Shown here piece by piece: positions 1-14,140 of a DNA stretch of 64,000 nucleotides. The notes below the pieces were generated by a model. The model was not told where the DNA came from. It saw only the letters and a list, made by a program, of their open reading frames with translations, and searched no databases. The translations under genes and the position numbers were made by a program. The stretch lies in assembly GCA_964106915.2 (NCBI GenBank), contig OZ066923.1. The stretch is one strand, 5' to 3'. The stretch comes from Podarcis gaigeae. Lineage: Eukaryota. Each line of letters begins with the position of its first letter. Position 1 is the first letter of the stretch.

Positions 1-339
1 AAAGAATAAAAAATGTGTTAGGCACCAGAGGCCTAACTTCTGAAATATTAGTTCTAGAGAGTTGAGTTCAATTAATATTACTCCCAGTGTCATTCCGCTT
101 ATATTGTTTCATACAACTTAACCTTTTTGGCCCCGTATTTTACTTAATTGAGGACACAAAACTTGCCGAGAGAAGATCATTCTACAATTACTAAGTTTCT
201 GCAAAACAATTTGGCTAATTTTTGAAGACAGACACTCTGATGCAATTACCTAGGCAGTTTCATTAAATAATCTAGTATCTGAACTGAAAGATTATGCCCC
301 AAGATGAATAACATTAAGCTGTGTATACTACAAATGAGA

Positions 340-455
340 ACATTGTAAGTTGCCTTATAACAAGTTAGATCATTGGGTCCATCTTTCTTAGTACTGTTGA
401 CACTGACTCGCTTTTACACGCAGAACATGTGCTCTACCACTGAGCTACAGCCCTT
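340..455 (-). mobile_element. Degenerate tRNA-derived SINE (Squam3-like), internally deleted
   Basis: Minus strand reads GGGCTGTAGCTCAGTGGTAGAGCACATG...ATGGACCCAATGATCTAACTTGTTATAAGGCAACTT. Same family as the copies at 23670 and 63507. Confidence 0.6.
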
Positions 456-3400
456 CCCCAACAATGAGTGTGGAATTCTCAGTTACATCTAGCCAGCAAT
501 ACTACTCAAATAGATTTCTTAGCTTCATAAAGGAAAGTTGTTGTTACCTCCATTTCAGCACAAACTGCACCACAGGCTACAGAATCCTTTTATCTGTACC
601 ACATGATCCACAGAACAGGCTATTTTATGCCACTTGAGGTGTTATACCTAATCTTTGTACATCAACAGTGCTGTTCTTATCTGAAGGTCACGCAAAGGTC
701 TTCAGAGTGCAGTTTAACAGCTTTCAAATGTGCCAGGAATTAGCAGTTAAAAAAAGAAATAATGGAAAAGATAGAGCCATGGAATATTAAGTAGCAATGA
801 AGGAAAAGACATCTTAAACAATCTCAAATTTGAGAGTGCAGGCTCCTGAAGAGGTTGGCTTTCCAGGCTTGGGGGTGGTGGGGAGAAGAATAGGTTAAGA
901 GGCTGCTCCCCTAGGTGTCAGCTGAAGGAGTAGGAACAACCTCAATAAGAGGGAGAAATAGACACTGGAAGGGGTTGAGACACAGAAGAGTGTAAGTGTG
1001 TGGGATAGCAGGCACCGAGGAAGGTGGGTGAAGCTGTCTCTAGTATGCAGTGAAGCAAGAGAGTGCTGAAGGTTATGGAGTCTTCTCTAAGCCCAACTTT
1101 ATTTTGTCCTAATAGGATTCTTATGCTTTTCATTCACTGACTTTGGACATAGGAACAGGTTACAAATATAAACAAATTTAAACTGCATATGCAGGATCCC
1201 AATGATTTGTTTTAGTATTTCAAAACAGTCAAGAGTAAAAATGCTAAGTATCAGGTAGATCTAAAATTAATCAGTCACGCTACCCATGCTGCTAAAAACA
1301 AACACTTGCTCATTTCACTTAGAAAAGCATACAAAAAGACACAGGAACTCTCCTTCCAGGAGCAGTTAGTCTGTACAAGCAACACTAACCTATTAAATAG
1401 GACCTCCCCTTGTCAAATACAGTGTTACAGTCCACAATATTCCATTTTCAAGCAGAGAGGAGAAACTAAGTCAAGAGGTAAGCAATCTAAAACAGGAATT
1501 GTTATCTGATACTGAAATCTGCAGTAGACTCCTTTATAAAAGACAATAATGTCTCACAAGCCTACAAATCTTCAGCTAGCATTTATTGATATATCCCTTC
1601 CAGCAATTATTATTTTTAAATTACACCATCCATTATGTTATCCTGGATTCCATTATCTCACTTCTGTAAGCAAGTGAAGTCTGAAAAGTACATTATTTTA
1701 CTCTCTTACAAAATGCACTCTCCAACAAAGCATGCTGCTATTTTAATACATTGCCTAAAGATTTCTCCCTTGTCATCCAGAGTCAAATCTTGGAATAAAG
1801 AACCAGAAAAATTTATTTTTTCATTGAAAGTATGCCACTATTAATAGTCTGAAGAGCAAGATGCTTAGAGGTTTTACTACACTGAAGCAGAATATAAATT
1901 TTGTTAAGCAAACAAACCTTGGTGCAAGATCCTGGTTGTCTTTCTAATAAGAATGACAAATCAAGTTCAAAACGGAAATGAAATTTGTTCTTATACCACT
2001 ACCATCAGAGTATAAAACACAGCTACTTACCACCAACTTCAGTTTTAGAAACTGAATGACTACTTTACACTTCTAAAGACAACAATGCCAAGACTGAAAA
2101 TAAAACCCAGAGTCAAGCAGTAGGGGAAGTAGCCTGCTTTCCGTATCATTCTATAAACTCAATCACAATCACAATGGCAAGGAAAGCAATACTTTAGACT
2201 TTAATTGTGCATTGCAGCTTCTAGTTCGCTTTTTACAAGTCAAATGGATGTGCAAGTTTCCAAAGGCACTTAATTATACTTTCATGCAGAGATTATTAAA
2301 GCAGAGCAAGCCACAAGCATGTAAACTGGTGACAAAGCAGAATAACAACTTTTAAGCAAAAATAGTTAGTCATCTCTATTCTTCTCAGATCTCCCACAAG
2401 TCCTTTTCAATGTGGATGAAACACTGGAAATTAGGACAAGGTTGACACTTTTAAAGCATAATTATACTACTTCAGTAGTAAAGTCTTACCCAAACTGACT
2501 GTTCTTACTCTGCACTTTTCCAAGAGAAGTTTCTGATGCAGCAGACACAGCAAACAGAGGGAGAGTGAACAGAGAACAGAGAAAGGGGAGGGAGTATGCG
2601 CACTGCACATCAATTTGTTTGTGCCCTAATACAGCTTCAGGGCAAGCTGTAGAGCTAAGCTGCTGCCAAATTAGAATGAACGTTTTTTGTTTTGACCCAG
2701 TGGAAAACATGGAACCTTTCTGTGACTCTTCTGGTTTCCATCAACAATGTCTAGAGAGCAAGCTATGTCTACAAAAATGCTCAGAGCTAGATCTCTGCCT
2801 CTTATGATTAAAGAAGTACACTGCTACCTTGAAAATGAATTCAAAGCAAACCAATCTACTGCCTTACAAGAAGAGAAGTAAAGCAAAAGTATATATTCTG
2901 CATTGTTCTTATAATCCTTTTCAAGTTCAGTAACCAACAACATTGCATGACTCTGTTTCTTTTAGGTCAGAAGCTATAGCTTACATATGCAAAACTTTAT
3001 GAGAACTTAGAAACTGCAACTGCATTTTGATTCTTCCTGATAATGAAATTACTACAAAAGTAACGTTCTTCAGTGAAATCTGCATTAAGTCTGCTTTACT
3101 TCTCTTCTTGTTGCTTTTCCTTTTCTAATGAGAAGTTGTGTTGCACACATTTTGAGTGTGAGCAGTGAGGAAGGAAAAGCAACATAGAAAAAATGTCTGG
3201 AAACCATCAGAACAGTGAAAAGGAGGACATTACCTTTTTAAATGTGCTACATTTAACTTTTATAGTCTTGCAGCATAATCCTATGCAGGTCTATTTAGAA
3301 ACAAGCCCAGCTGAGTTCTACGGGACTTATTCCCAGAACCAATCTTCTTTTTAAAGGTTGCCATTTGTGCAAAAATCCTCCAAATATCAGGAAATCTACT

Positions 3401-5640
3401 CTTGACTGACGTTCCATTACACAATGATGGCACTGGGTGATGAATCCAATATTAAGATTCTATATATTCAGTTTGTAGTATCTTATTGCTCCAAGTGTGT
3501 TCCATGTTGCATGACTATTTTTTACTTCAGTCTAATTAATTTCCTAGTCTACAAAATAGCTCATTCGGTCTGGATTATTTCCACTTACAAAAGCACCTGA
3601 GGTTGTACTGTTTTTGCCACTGCTTCCTCTGTAGAAAGACCTGATGTTTTCACAAAGCTCTAAATCTATAGAAAGACTATTTTTGACTTTCGTGCAAGGA
3701 ATTGGGAGACCCTCATGACATACTCTTTAATGACTAATGGAACACAGAGAGTTAAGACACTCTTAACTAATCCATTCCTTGCCTCTGCTGGAGTAGATGA
3801 ATATTGAAGTGATTTTAGTCTTTAAACAGCTTTTAAGCTATCTCCTACCCCCCAATACACATTGTTGTTTCTTCTTCCTTGGACAGGTTCACCATGACTG
3901 GAAATTTAGGAGGTCTAGCTGAACCTTACACATTGGGATTAAGCAGCTCAGGGGCAGTACCACAGATAATTCTCCAATTCTGCTGTACTACCAGTAGTGA
4001 AGACCAGCAAGAACATTTGCTGTGCATTCTGAGCTTCCAAACAGAGCAATTAATTTGAAGTTTCCCTATTCAAGTATTTAAACACGACCAAAAAGCATTG
4101 CTTAATAGTAGTACCATGTTTCAGGAAAACTTGAAATACTGCAGTCTCAGTTTCTTAAAACACAAATTTGTTAAACCAAATCAAAATAAGACTAGGTACC
4201 AGCCACAAAACTGAACCTTGTGCATAATGACATGAAGATCAAGATCAAAATACCCAAGATCTTACTCTTAACCACAAAGTAGTTAATCATGGCAACTTTT
4301 ATTCAGTTTAAAAATTATCACCATTTCAATTCTTTCTTCACCTTTCCTGCACCATTTCAAAAATAGCTCTGCCCTGTTGGTTATGCAGCTTCTGTCAGTC
4401 CAATTTTATGCCTGGCTAGAGGTGAATAGATAAGTGCATGGTTCATGGAACTGCCAAGTCAACTACAAACAGTCACACAGTGAACATTCCCTCCCACTTA
4501 GACACAGCTAGGCTGCTGTGTGTTTTCAGAAGCAACTATGCATTGTGACACGCATGTTTATAAAAGGCTTTACAGAAGTCGTTGAGGTATGGAACACAGT
4601 CTTCTGAGGGTATCAAAACATCAAAAGAAACAGGAGGGCACAATGCAAGAAGTTATCTACTGGCCAAAAACAAAAAAATCTAAGACATTTCATTAAATCA
4701 AGGCCCAAAGCATAACCAGATGTAGGAGTCATTGTTTATTCTGCAGGAAGTGGAAGTCATAAAGGCATAATCTAAACACCAGCTCTTGCACCAGGCAAAT
4801 ATGCAATTTGTACAGTCAAGAAACATATTTATTCATATGAGAAAATAAGGGCACAAAGGAGATGAGGGTGAGGGGAAAGCCCCTGGTAAAACCACTGTTT
4901 GCACTCTCCTAGTGCACTTTACAAAATCAAAATATGAAAAATATATAATTTTAAAGGTTATTAGTATGTTTTTGCTATTTAGATTTTCTAACCACTGAAC
5001 AGCTTTACTTTCAGAATAAAAACAACTTGGGAGTCATTTCACTAATCCCAGATTAATTCTGTTTAAATCTGGCAGTGTTCTATCTCCCAGAGAGGAATAA
5101 TCTGTATGCTCACTGTGCTCCAGTTCAACTATCAAGTTGATTCAACTATCAAGAAACAGATGGGAGGGAGGGGGCCTGGATATTCTTAGAGGGTTTCGTT
5201 GTACCTTCAAAACACAATTTTCAAATAGCACTTTAAGTAGAACCCATTTTTCTTAACCCATTTCACACAGGAATCTAGAGAAATACAACTTAAAGCACTC
5301 TGAGAAATTCAATAAAATTAAAACAAGCTCAATCTAAATGCATAACCTGAATTTGTTCATGACTGCGAGGTAGCTCAAGTCTGCTGCCCCACGAAAACAG
5401 AACTAAACTCATATGAAGACCAATGCATTTTAATTAAGATCAATTTAAAAATAATGCTGTTACCTTTGTCCTTGTTCATTATCCTAAATAATATCTATAT
5501 GTTCTGCTATGGACAAAAAAAATAACACTGCTTTCCTTTGAACAGTTAGTAAATCTTAAATACAACTGTTGTACAGAGAGATGCACATATCTGTTCATCA
5601 ACTCTGGAGGAAGATACAGTTGGACATTTAACTTCCTTAC

Positions 5641-5784
5641 CCATCCACCTTGCTGGATGATATAGTCTGCAACATAGTCTTCCAGGTAGGTCACTCCAAA
5701 ATTCAGCAGTGCCCCAAGTGGTTCTTTGCCCTGTCTTGTCAGTTCCATCAGGAATCGCTGAAGGATCACCAGAGGCACTAAAAC
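5641..5784 (-). CDS. BCL2L13: BCL2L13 (Bcl-rambo) exon 6, BH1/BH2 region
   Basis: 144 nt, aag|GTTTTA...TGG|gtaagg. Encodes VLVPLVILQRFLMELTRQGKEPLGALLNFGVTYLEDYVADYIIQQGGW, matching BCL2L13. The terminal exon (BHNo/LIR/TM) was not found in 1-5640, so it lies outside the window. Confidence 0.96.
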
Positions 5785-8469
5785 CTTGGGAGTAAAGAGT
5801 GAAGAAAGGGTAGGCGAGGAAGAGACATGATCAGTAATTGCAGTAGTTTGGAAGAAAATCCTGCCACTGCGCCAAAGAGTGCTAAATACATTTATTGCGT
5901 ATGTACTTTAATTTTGCATGCATGGACATGAGATACAAGCATGGTGGGAGGGCAGCTTTGAAGGAGGCAACATTAAGCCCATATAAATATAAATATTAAT
6001 AATCTTTTTCAAGTACTCAGTTAAGAAAAAGAATACATAGAACACAGAACCCTGGCCAAAAAGCAGATTAGTCAGTGGGTCAATCTAGTCTCAAGAATCA
6101 GGCAATGAGTTCTCAACTCATCATTCCCTACCTCTCACTACTTCTTGGGCAGGTAAATGAGTTGCTGCTACTGTTGCAGGGTCTCCACTGTTTAAAATGA
6201 ACAGGCAGGCAGGATGGTAACAGCAATTTGAAAGGGAGGAGAATAATGGACCTAGGTATCCCTTCTTCAAGAGACCCAACGTAAAGTGGACTGGAAAGTT
6301 TTGCTGCTGTGCAACATTATAATCTTTGCTGCTGTGCAACATTATAACACTCCATACAACACCAAGAAAAACAATTTCAGTATCAGCTTCAAGGACTTTC
6401 AAATGCAAAGAATGCATTACTGGCAACAGGGTAACATTCTGTACCTTCTTTAACAGTGACTTTTCAATTAAATCACCACTATCTGATCAAATTTCTGGAA
6501 TTACCAAGCAATACCACTCTCTATTTTTGACTTTATCCCAAAGAAGAGTCAATACTGATTCATCTTCTCTTGCAAGATATTCCAATAGACTTGAAAGAAA
6601 TTAGCTAGCACCTAAAAGGGTATTTTTATGTGAATATCTGTGATGAGAGAAAGTCACTGCTGTCTTGGAGTCTTGAAGCTTCAACCCAGAGAGGTCCACT
6701 TTACTCCAAATAAGCTCCCTAACACAAGTGGTAACTATGGCTCTCTCCCATAGGGCCACCAAGATAATAAGCCCTTTCATTATGGGCTTTTAGCAAGCAT
6801 AGCACCAAGTGACAGTATCTTTTCCATTCAATCATAAAATAGAATTGGAACAATTAGTACCTGAAATAAATATCTGATGGGCTGAAAAGAATCTATTTGA
6901 AAACATTCATTAAAAACTAATTGATGTACTATATGTCTAACCCTTTAAGAACCTGGCAGCTTCTATGAGATTGAAATGTCTATGAGTGCTTCACAAGGAA
7001 AAAGATGGGCTTATTTCTGTTAACAGAAAACTGGATACAACTGGTTCCTTCTGTACTATGCATTTAGAGTGAAATAGTCATGCTTTGTTCTCTCTGAATG
7101 CATTTGGAAAGTTGTCATCCTGTATACATTTACATGGGTGTAACCCCCATAGAATACCCCAGGGCTGACTTCTATGGAAATACACACCATGTTGGACTGT
7201 AACCGTGACCTGAAGGATTATAGGGAGAGGAAGGAAACCACAGCAACAACACCAAATGCTTGGCAAAGGGAGATCCATCTGGATACGGGACATGGATAAA
7301 GTTGTAAAAGTCTCTGCTGGGGTGGGAAGAAAAATGCTACTGAAAATGCAATTTGAGCACTAATAGAGATACACCCATCAGCCCCACTACTATACCAATG
7401 GAGAACCCTATCCCCTACAAAGGAAAGAATGAAAACCATCTGCATCTCTGCCTCCTCCTGCTCAGTCTAAGGTTTGTCTCTCACCCATACACCAAATTTC
7501 CTTTTCCTTAATGCAAAATGTCACGTTCAATTTCTGTTGTGGATGCTGTATAAAAGAATTATACAGTACTTACAAAAAATAAAAATCATTAAGATAAAGT
7601 GCCTTCTTCACCTTCATCCTGTTCAGCAACAATAATTATTTCCCTTTCCCTTTGTTATTTGGACAAATTATATTTATACAAAAGAAGTTCAGAGCCATAA
7701 GAGCAGTTTGAGTTTCCTAGGCCAGGTTCCAAAGAACCGTAAACTAGTTCCATGAGTCCGAAAGTGCTTTCAGGCCCGATTTGTTTCCTTAAACAATAGC
7801 TCCCTATACCAAGTGACCTTATTTTGAAACTCAGGAGAGTTTGTAAGCTACTCTGATGTGTTACGGGTATCAGATGCTGAAAGTGAAAAATTCCACTGGA
7901 CTAACACCACCCTTTCTGTGAGCCAAAGTATTTCTTTGGATTCCAGCTCTGGTATCAAAAAGTTGTAACTCAGTAGGAAAAGATTTTATCAGAATGAAGT
8001 GTTTTTTGTTGTTTTGAAAAAAGAGGAACATTTGCCACCTTCCAACTATAGCTGTTTTACTTCCTGTCAACCTAGAAGACACTCAATAAAAAAATCCAAT
8101 CAACATTTGGTTTGCAAGAAAGCAAATGACATTTTTAGCTCCTTGAAGGTAAGTTCAAAACTTTTTAAGATTTCTCATGGTGACCTTTGTATTCTCCTTT
8201 AGTTTATCAGTTTAGAAACTGTATAAGATGGAAGGGTTCTTAATTCTTTTCATTTCCCTTCAAAATCCTCTGTTAAAGGGCAGGTTTTCAAGAAAAATAG
8301 CCACTGGGTAAAAGTGGTAATTCCAATAAAGATTGTTTTCAACGCAACCTGTTTTGCAAGCTTTATCTGCATCAGCAATCATATTGTTAGAGTATGTAGT
8401 CAAAAGGATGTTACAGAAAAGTCTATAAATTGCAGACACTGCATTTTCTAAAAAGACTGGTAGAGGTAT

Positions 8470-8746
8470 GGTGTGATCACATTTGGAATACTGTGTACAG
8501 TTCTCAAAAAGGATATTGTAGTATTAGAAAAGGTTCAGAAAAGAGCAACCAAAATTATCAAAGGGATGAAGCAACTCCCGTATGAAGAAAGGTTGCAGCA
8601 TTTTAGGACTTTTTAGTTAGAAAAAAGGTGACTACGGAGTGGTAAGACAGAAGTTTGTACAATTATGCATGGCATGGAGAAAGTAAGTAAAGAAATGTTT
8701 TTCTTCTTTTCTCATAACAGTAGAATGGACATCCAATAAAGCTGAT
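8470..8746 (+). mobile_element. CR1 LINE fragment (ORF2 3' part, degenerate)
   Basis: TTGGAATACTGTGTACAGTTCT...GAAAAGGTTCAGAAAAGAGCAACCAAAATTATCAAAGGGATG is typical of the CR1 RT C-terminal region. Confidence 0.75.
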
Positions 8747-9673
8747 CAAGAAGAGCAAGGGACCTTATACAGGAGGAAATGTTCCCAAAGTTATGCTGGA
8801 CCAATGCTGCTTTTCCTAAGAACACCAGCAGCAGACTTGGAGTCAAGAGACAGCCAATAAAGTGCATGGCACACTGGCATCACCCTAAAGTCTGCAAGCA
8901 ACCATGTTGCAGTGTCAACTTCTTTCAGTGGAAGCCCAACATCAAGAACATGGCTTAAGCTGATCCCAGAGACCCAAAAATACATGAAAATGAAAAGCCA
9001 TTGTTTTCTAGGAAGGAATGTGGCCTAGCCTATCAGATGTAAACAGATAAAGTGCTCCAAGTCACTACTACTATTATTTGAGCTTTCAAAAGTAATTCTG
9101 CCTGTAAATCTGTCCTACAAGAGAGACCATGGTCACTCTCTATTCAAAGTAAAGCAAGTTTTGCCAGAAAGTAACTCAGATCCGCTATTATGAAAAGAAA
9201 TTTGAATAACTAAATTCAGTATGTGCATATATTTGCTTATTTTATTTATTCTGGTTCTAATGATTATGGAAGAAAGTCCTATAAACAAAACTGAGGTATT
9301 ACCCAACATCACTACCTGAAATGTTGCTCAGCCTCCCCTCTCATGGTGTTTCGCTACATAGATGACACACAATCATACCACCAAATTCTAGCCCTTTACC
9401 ACCAAAAAAGGCTAGAATTTTGTTTTTAAAAAGAGAAAGAGGAGAACCTCCATATACTGACTTTCTGTTTGCTGTTTGACTGCAGAATCATATTAAATAT
9501 CATAGTAGTAATGTACCAACTACACTTACTCCTATACTTAAGTGCTAATAAAACCTGGAACATGCAGTACGGTACAGATGAGGCAGATAAAACAAGAGTA
9601 CTGATTCCTTAAATTGGCACAGGTCTATAATGGATATCTAGTCAATTCAAAGTGAGGGTGATTTGGCAAGTAC

Positions 9674-9743
9674 CTTGCTCCATCCACTGGCATGAGCTGA
9701 TGCTTCCTGTGTCCTCTCCTTGTATTCCTTGTAAGTTACTGGT
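9674..9743 (-). CDS. BCL2L13: BCL2L13 exon 5
   Basis: 70 nt, cag|A CCA GTA...AAG|gtactt. Encodes (K)PVTYKEYKERTQEASAHASGWSK; phase is consistent with both neighbours. Confidence 0.94.
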
Positions 9744-10565
9744 CTGTACAAATAAAACCAAAACACAAGATTTTAAAAAGCAAAGCAAAGGCAAAACAAG
9801 AAGGCATAACTTCCTTTTCAACAGTTTCTGCACAGTCTTGAAATGGTAATAGTAACATAGAGAGATATGTCCATTCTAGTAATATTAGATTACAGAGTTG
9901 GTGAAATTATTTGTGCAATTTTTGTTGAATCAGCTCATGCAGACAACTGACAAAAAACTTAATACTAGAATACTAAAACTGAACTCCTTGAGGAGTTGCC
10001 ACCTTAGTACTACTTTTATTGTGGTCAGTGACTTCCATGGGATGTCTGCAATCAGGAAACCTGTTGAGGCACAGCCAAAACCAGAGCCAGTGGTGTCTGA
10101 GCAGATGCTTCCACTGCAACTGCAAGGCCCAATTTCTGTGGGGATGGCTCAGCAAGATATTTGCAGCTGAAGGGGAGAACTGGGAGTCCACTTAGAATGC
10201 ACTCCCAATTGTTATTTTCAAGTCTGAATTATTCTGTGTCATAAAATGTCAGGTGATTAACAGGTGGGCAAGATCTGGGTCTGGTCTGCTGACTGGATAC
10301 TAAGATATAGTAACAATTCTTGCTTGCCCACCTACTGAACATGTGACTGAATGCAAAATCTGAGAGGAGAAACTCCCATTACTGTGTGTATATGTCACAA
10401 TTCTATGTACACTTACCTGGAAGTAGCCCCACTAAACACATCTAAATAAGCACAGGATCAAGCTGCTTAAACTATGTAAGAGTGATATTACCTTTAAATC
10501 ACAGTTAAGCTTAAGGATGTTTTAAAAGTAAAACATGCAGTATGCTGGTACATGGAGCAAAAATT

Positions 10566-10801
10566 GTGGTCAGTTTGTTCTTCCACTGCTTCTGGGAGCT
10601 AAGCCATGGTTTGGCATAGTGTTACCTCAAAACCCAGACTCACGATTTGTCTCTCTCCATACAAACCACAGGCTGAAACTAAATGCTTGTGATTTGTTTG
10701 GGAAAAACAAACCATGAACCAGGGTTTGGGTACAACACTAAGCCAAAACATGGTTTAGGCCCCTGCAGTGCAGCAGAAGTGGGGAAGAAGTGAACTGGCC
10801 A
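10566..10801. mobile_element. Palindromic (foldback) MITE-like element
   Basis: Arms CTAAGCCATGGTTTGGCATAGTGTTACC...AAACCC and GGGTTTGGGTACAACACTAAGCCAAAACATGGTTTAG are mutual reverse complements. Related fragments occur near 11530-11625. Confidence 0.6.
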
Positions 10802-10874
10802 CTATTTTCACCCAGTGCATCACAGCCTAAAGTGACAGGTTAACCAGCTCATCCCAGGTGATTGGAAAGTTTCC

Positions 10875-10915
10875 ATATGTATATGTATATGTATATGTAT
10901 GTGTGTGTATATATA
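10875..10915. repeat. (ATATGT)n/(GT)n microsatellite
   Basis: Read directly from the sequence. Confidence 0.9.
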
Positions 10916-13900
10916 TCTTTAACTCTAACATGCAGGTGGAGGACAGAAGTGAAATTTTTAGTCCTACATAGGACAAAATTGTTCCAGCACTGGCCCCATG
11001 AGATGCTACTGGATATATTTTCTTCTGATTGACCTTTGTATGTTATTTTTCAACAAACAGAACACTCCATGCTTAGCAGGGTTTTTTTCCCTAATCCGCA
11101 TTTTCCTACTTCTTTCATGAGGATGTCCTGAGCAAGGGTTAAATGCATTTATTGAGTCTAGCTTAAGGACAGCTGTTCTGCTACATCTGTCTACTGTACT
11201 CAGTACATGAGGGCTGGAAACCTTCATATCACCATGTCCACAATATAAATGACTTACAGTTTCAATAGAAGACTATATTGCAGATTTTTGAAAGCACCTA
11301 CATGTTCACAGAACAACCATGTGTTAAATAACTTTCCCACATCATTTGGTATAGATTTTGATCAATCTGCTAGATAATTAAATTTACCAAATACATAAGC
11401 TTCCACTTGTGCTGCAATTTCTTAACTCAAAGATCTTAAAAGAATCAAAACATCAGCGATGAGCTGCGTGTGTAGAACAGCCATCACAAATCTAGCTCCA
11501 GAGACAGGTTTTTCACTCACCAGCAGAAACCAAGAACAAACCTTGGTTACAACCCCCAGTTTGTTTGGAGAGAAACAAACCACAAGCCCAGGTTCAGACC
11601 TAACAAGGTGCCAGACTCTGGCTCATTTCACAGCAGTATGTGCATTATAGTTATCTGGGAGCGAATCCTAGCTAAAAAGCAAAGTATAAACATAATAAAA
11701 TAGTGGCCTGGGAGTTAGGCATTTTGATCCTTTTCACAATTGTTTTCTAATCTTTGAGACTTCCTTCTATCTCAATACTGCACATATAAGGCAATGTATA
11801 ATTAAGAATCTATAACCCATCCATTCAAAATAGCATCTAAAAGCCAACCTAACACAAATTACATTTAAGGCACAACTCCCAAATTCAGCACGTTTCAACA
11901 AATTGCTCTAAGGAAATGAAACACTTTCAGCTGACAACAAAAACTTTATATTAAAGGCATCAGCTTGATCTTGGGAGGGAGCCAATAAAAAGTATTAAAT
12001 TGGGACTGTTGCAAAAAAAAAATCCCAATGCTGAAAACAAACACTTTCATACAACTTCAATCAAAGTCTCCATCTTTCTCCAAGCTATTGGGAACCAGTA
12101 AGTCATCTGTGGAAGTAGGTATGAATATAGCAAAAGCTATGCAATATAATAATTTAATAATAATTTATTGTTTATACCCCACCCATCTGCCTGGGTTTCC
12201 CCAGCCACTCCTTGCATGCTGAGTAAAGATGGCTGGGAGACAGAAGTTCATGGCAGGTCTAAGAGGAAGAGTCAGAGGTGTTGTTAAAGGAATTTAGATG
12301 AGAAAAGATATATTTATTGTTAAGAATAATTCAATGGGGAATACAACAGAATGGGCTAAGAGAGAAAAACTATTAGCATAAATAAGTGAAGGTAGTAAAA
12401 AGAACCAGGGATGAAAACAGCTGGCAGGTTTCAGAGCGTGGGCGGGGGGGATAAGATCTAACAAGGAGAAATGACAAGATGGATAAAAATACTATAGAGA
12501 CACATGCAAGGGTGGGAGAGGAAAATATAAAGGAAAAAGCCTTCTCCACTTAGAACCTCTGGATCAGCAAATTCTTCCTAACTTGGGGGTCTGTCACAAT
12601 ACCTCAAGATCAAACATCTGTACTTAAGCTTGAGGAAAGCTGAGCTGTGGAAATCCTTGCCACAAGAAAAATACAGTGGGAAAGAATTTTGTAATTTCCA
12701 AATACGTATTAGGTATCTGTAGAAGGTGATGCCAGTAATTGCCTGCTGATTATGCCAAACTCTGCCTCCATCTATCATCATGTTGTGACTGGCTCTGCCT
12801 CTGCACCATCTTTTTTGACTGGTGAGGCTCAGTAATTTTCACCCATGTCAAGTGGGCCCCGTGGGGAGAAAGTTGAGAACCCCTGATTTAGGCAAAGCAA
12901 TCTTAAAGTGTTCCTGTGATTTTCTGTATCTTAACTTAAAATGAACAAAGCCTGGTACTGGTAGAGATGTGCAATGAAGTCAAATTTATACCAAATGTTT
13001 GTGACAGTTTTAGAAAAATAATAATTCAAGCAACTGCTTGTATACAGTATCTCAGTACTTTTCAATATTGACTTATGTAAGAAGGGCTTATAAATACTGG
13101 CAAAAAGCTCTGTTTCACTTTTTTGCTCTACAACTGCTTTTCTGAATGGTATGGACTGTCTACACAAGGAGAACTGTCGTAAATAAAGATGTGATAGTTT
13201 GTATTATTAACATGAGTGGTTCAACTTTCAGATCAAGCATAGTAGAATATAGAAAGTTTTCTATTGTGTTTTATTTTCAAACTATGGAAAAAGTTGCTTT
13301 TCAGACCTGAACTTCCATACATTGCCACTACATGCAGCAGAGTGAGGTAAAAAGTGCTGGCTGTAATCAATATGGCAAAATCCTATGCAGCTTTACAATA
13401 AACAGGAACTGCCAAATTTATTAAGCTATTGTGGAATCAATTATCTTATCCCTCTGATACTTGTATTACTAACATAATCAAATGTCAGTACTTTTGTTTT
13501 ATAATATACCAGCTCTACATATTCATTTGGAATAATTCAATGAAATGACCTACTCCCTATCTCATGTCAACATTGAGGGTCTACCCTGCTATATGTAAAA
13601 AAAAGCAGACTGACTTACATGAAACACGTGTCTGTGCTACCTCAACGCAATTTCTCTATTACTTCCTACTTGTCCCTCTTATTAAAGGCCAGAAGCGCTC
13701 CCACTATGAGAATGGGGAAGTAGTTCCAATAGCAGAAGTGCACCCAATATATGTTTGGCAACATCTGGGGTACCTAAAATATAGAGATATCAATATTAGC
13801 CCCATGGCATTGTAGTACAGCATCCAGATTTTAAACACTTAGGAGGAAGGACTCTACCCTGACTACTGTCTAAAAAGGAAAACATTCGGGCATTTACAGC

Positions 13901-14140
13901 TATCAGAATAAGCAGTGGCTTTGAAGGAAGTTGTTTTCATTGTAGTGTACTGATGTTCATAAGTTTAAATGATGGGAAATTGTTAGCTCGCTTCATATCA
14001 AGTGCATAATTAAGGAAGGAAAGTGAATCAGGTTTAGAAATAGTTGTGCCAAAATATAGTCACATAATCAATATTACTGTATTTGTGAGAATTTTAAGAG
14101 CAAGTACCTTCCCTGCTGAGCAAAGCAAATGAGAACTCAC

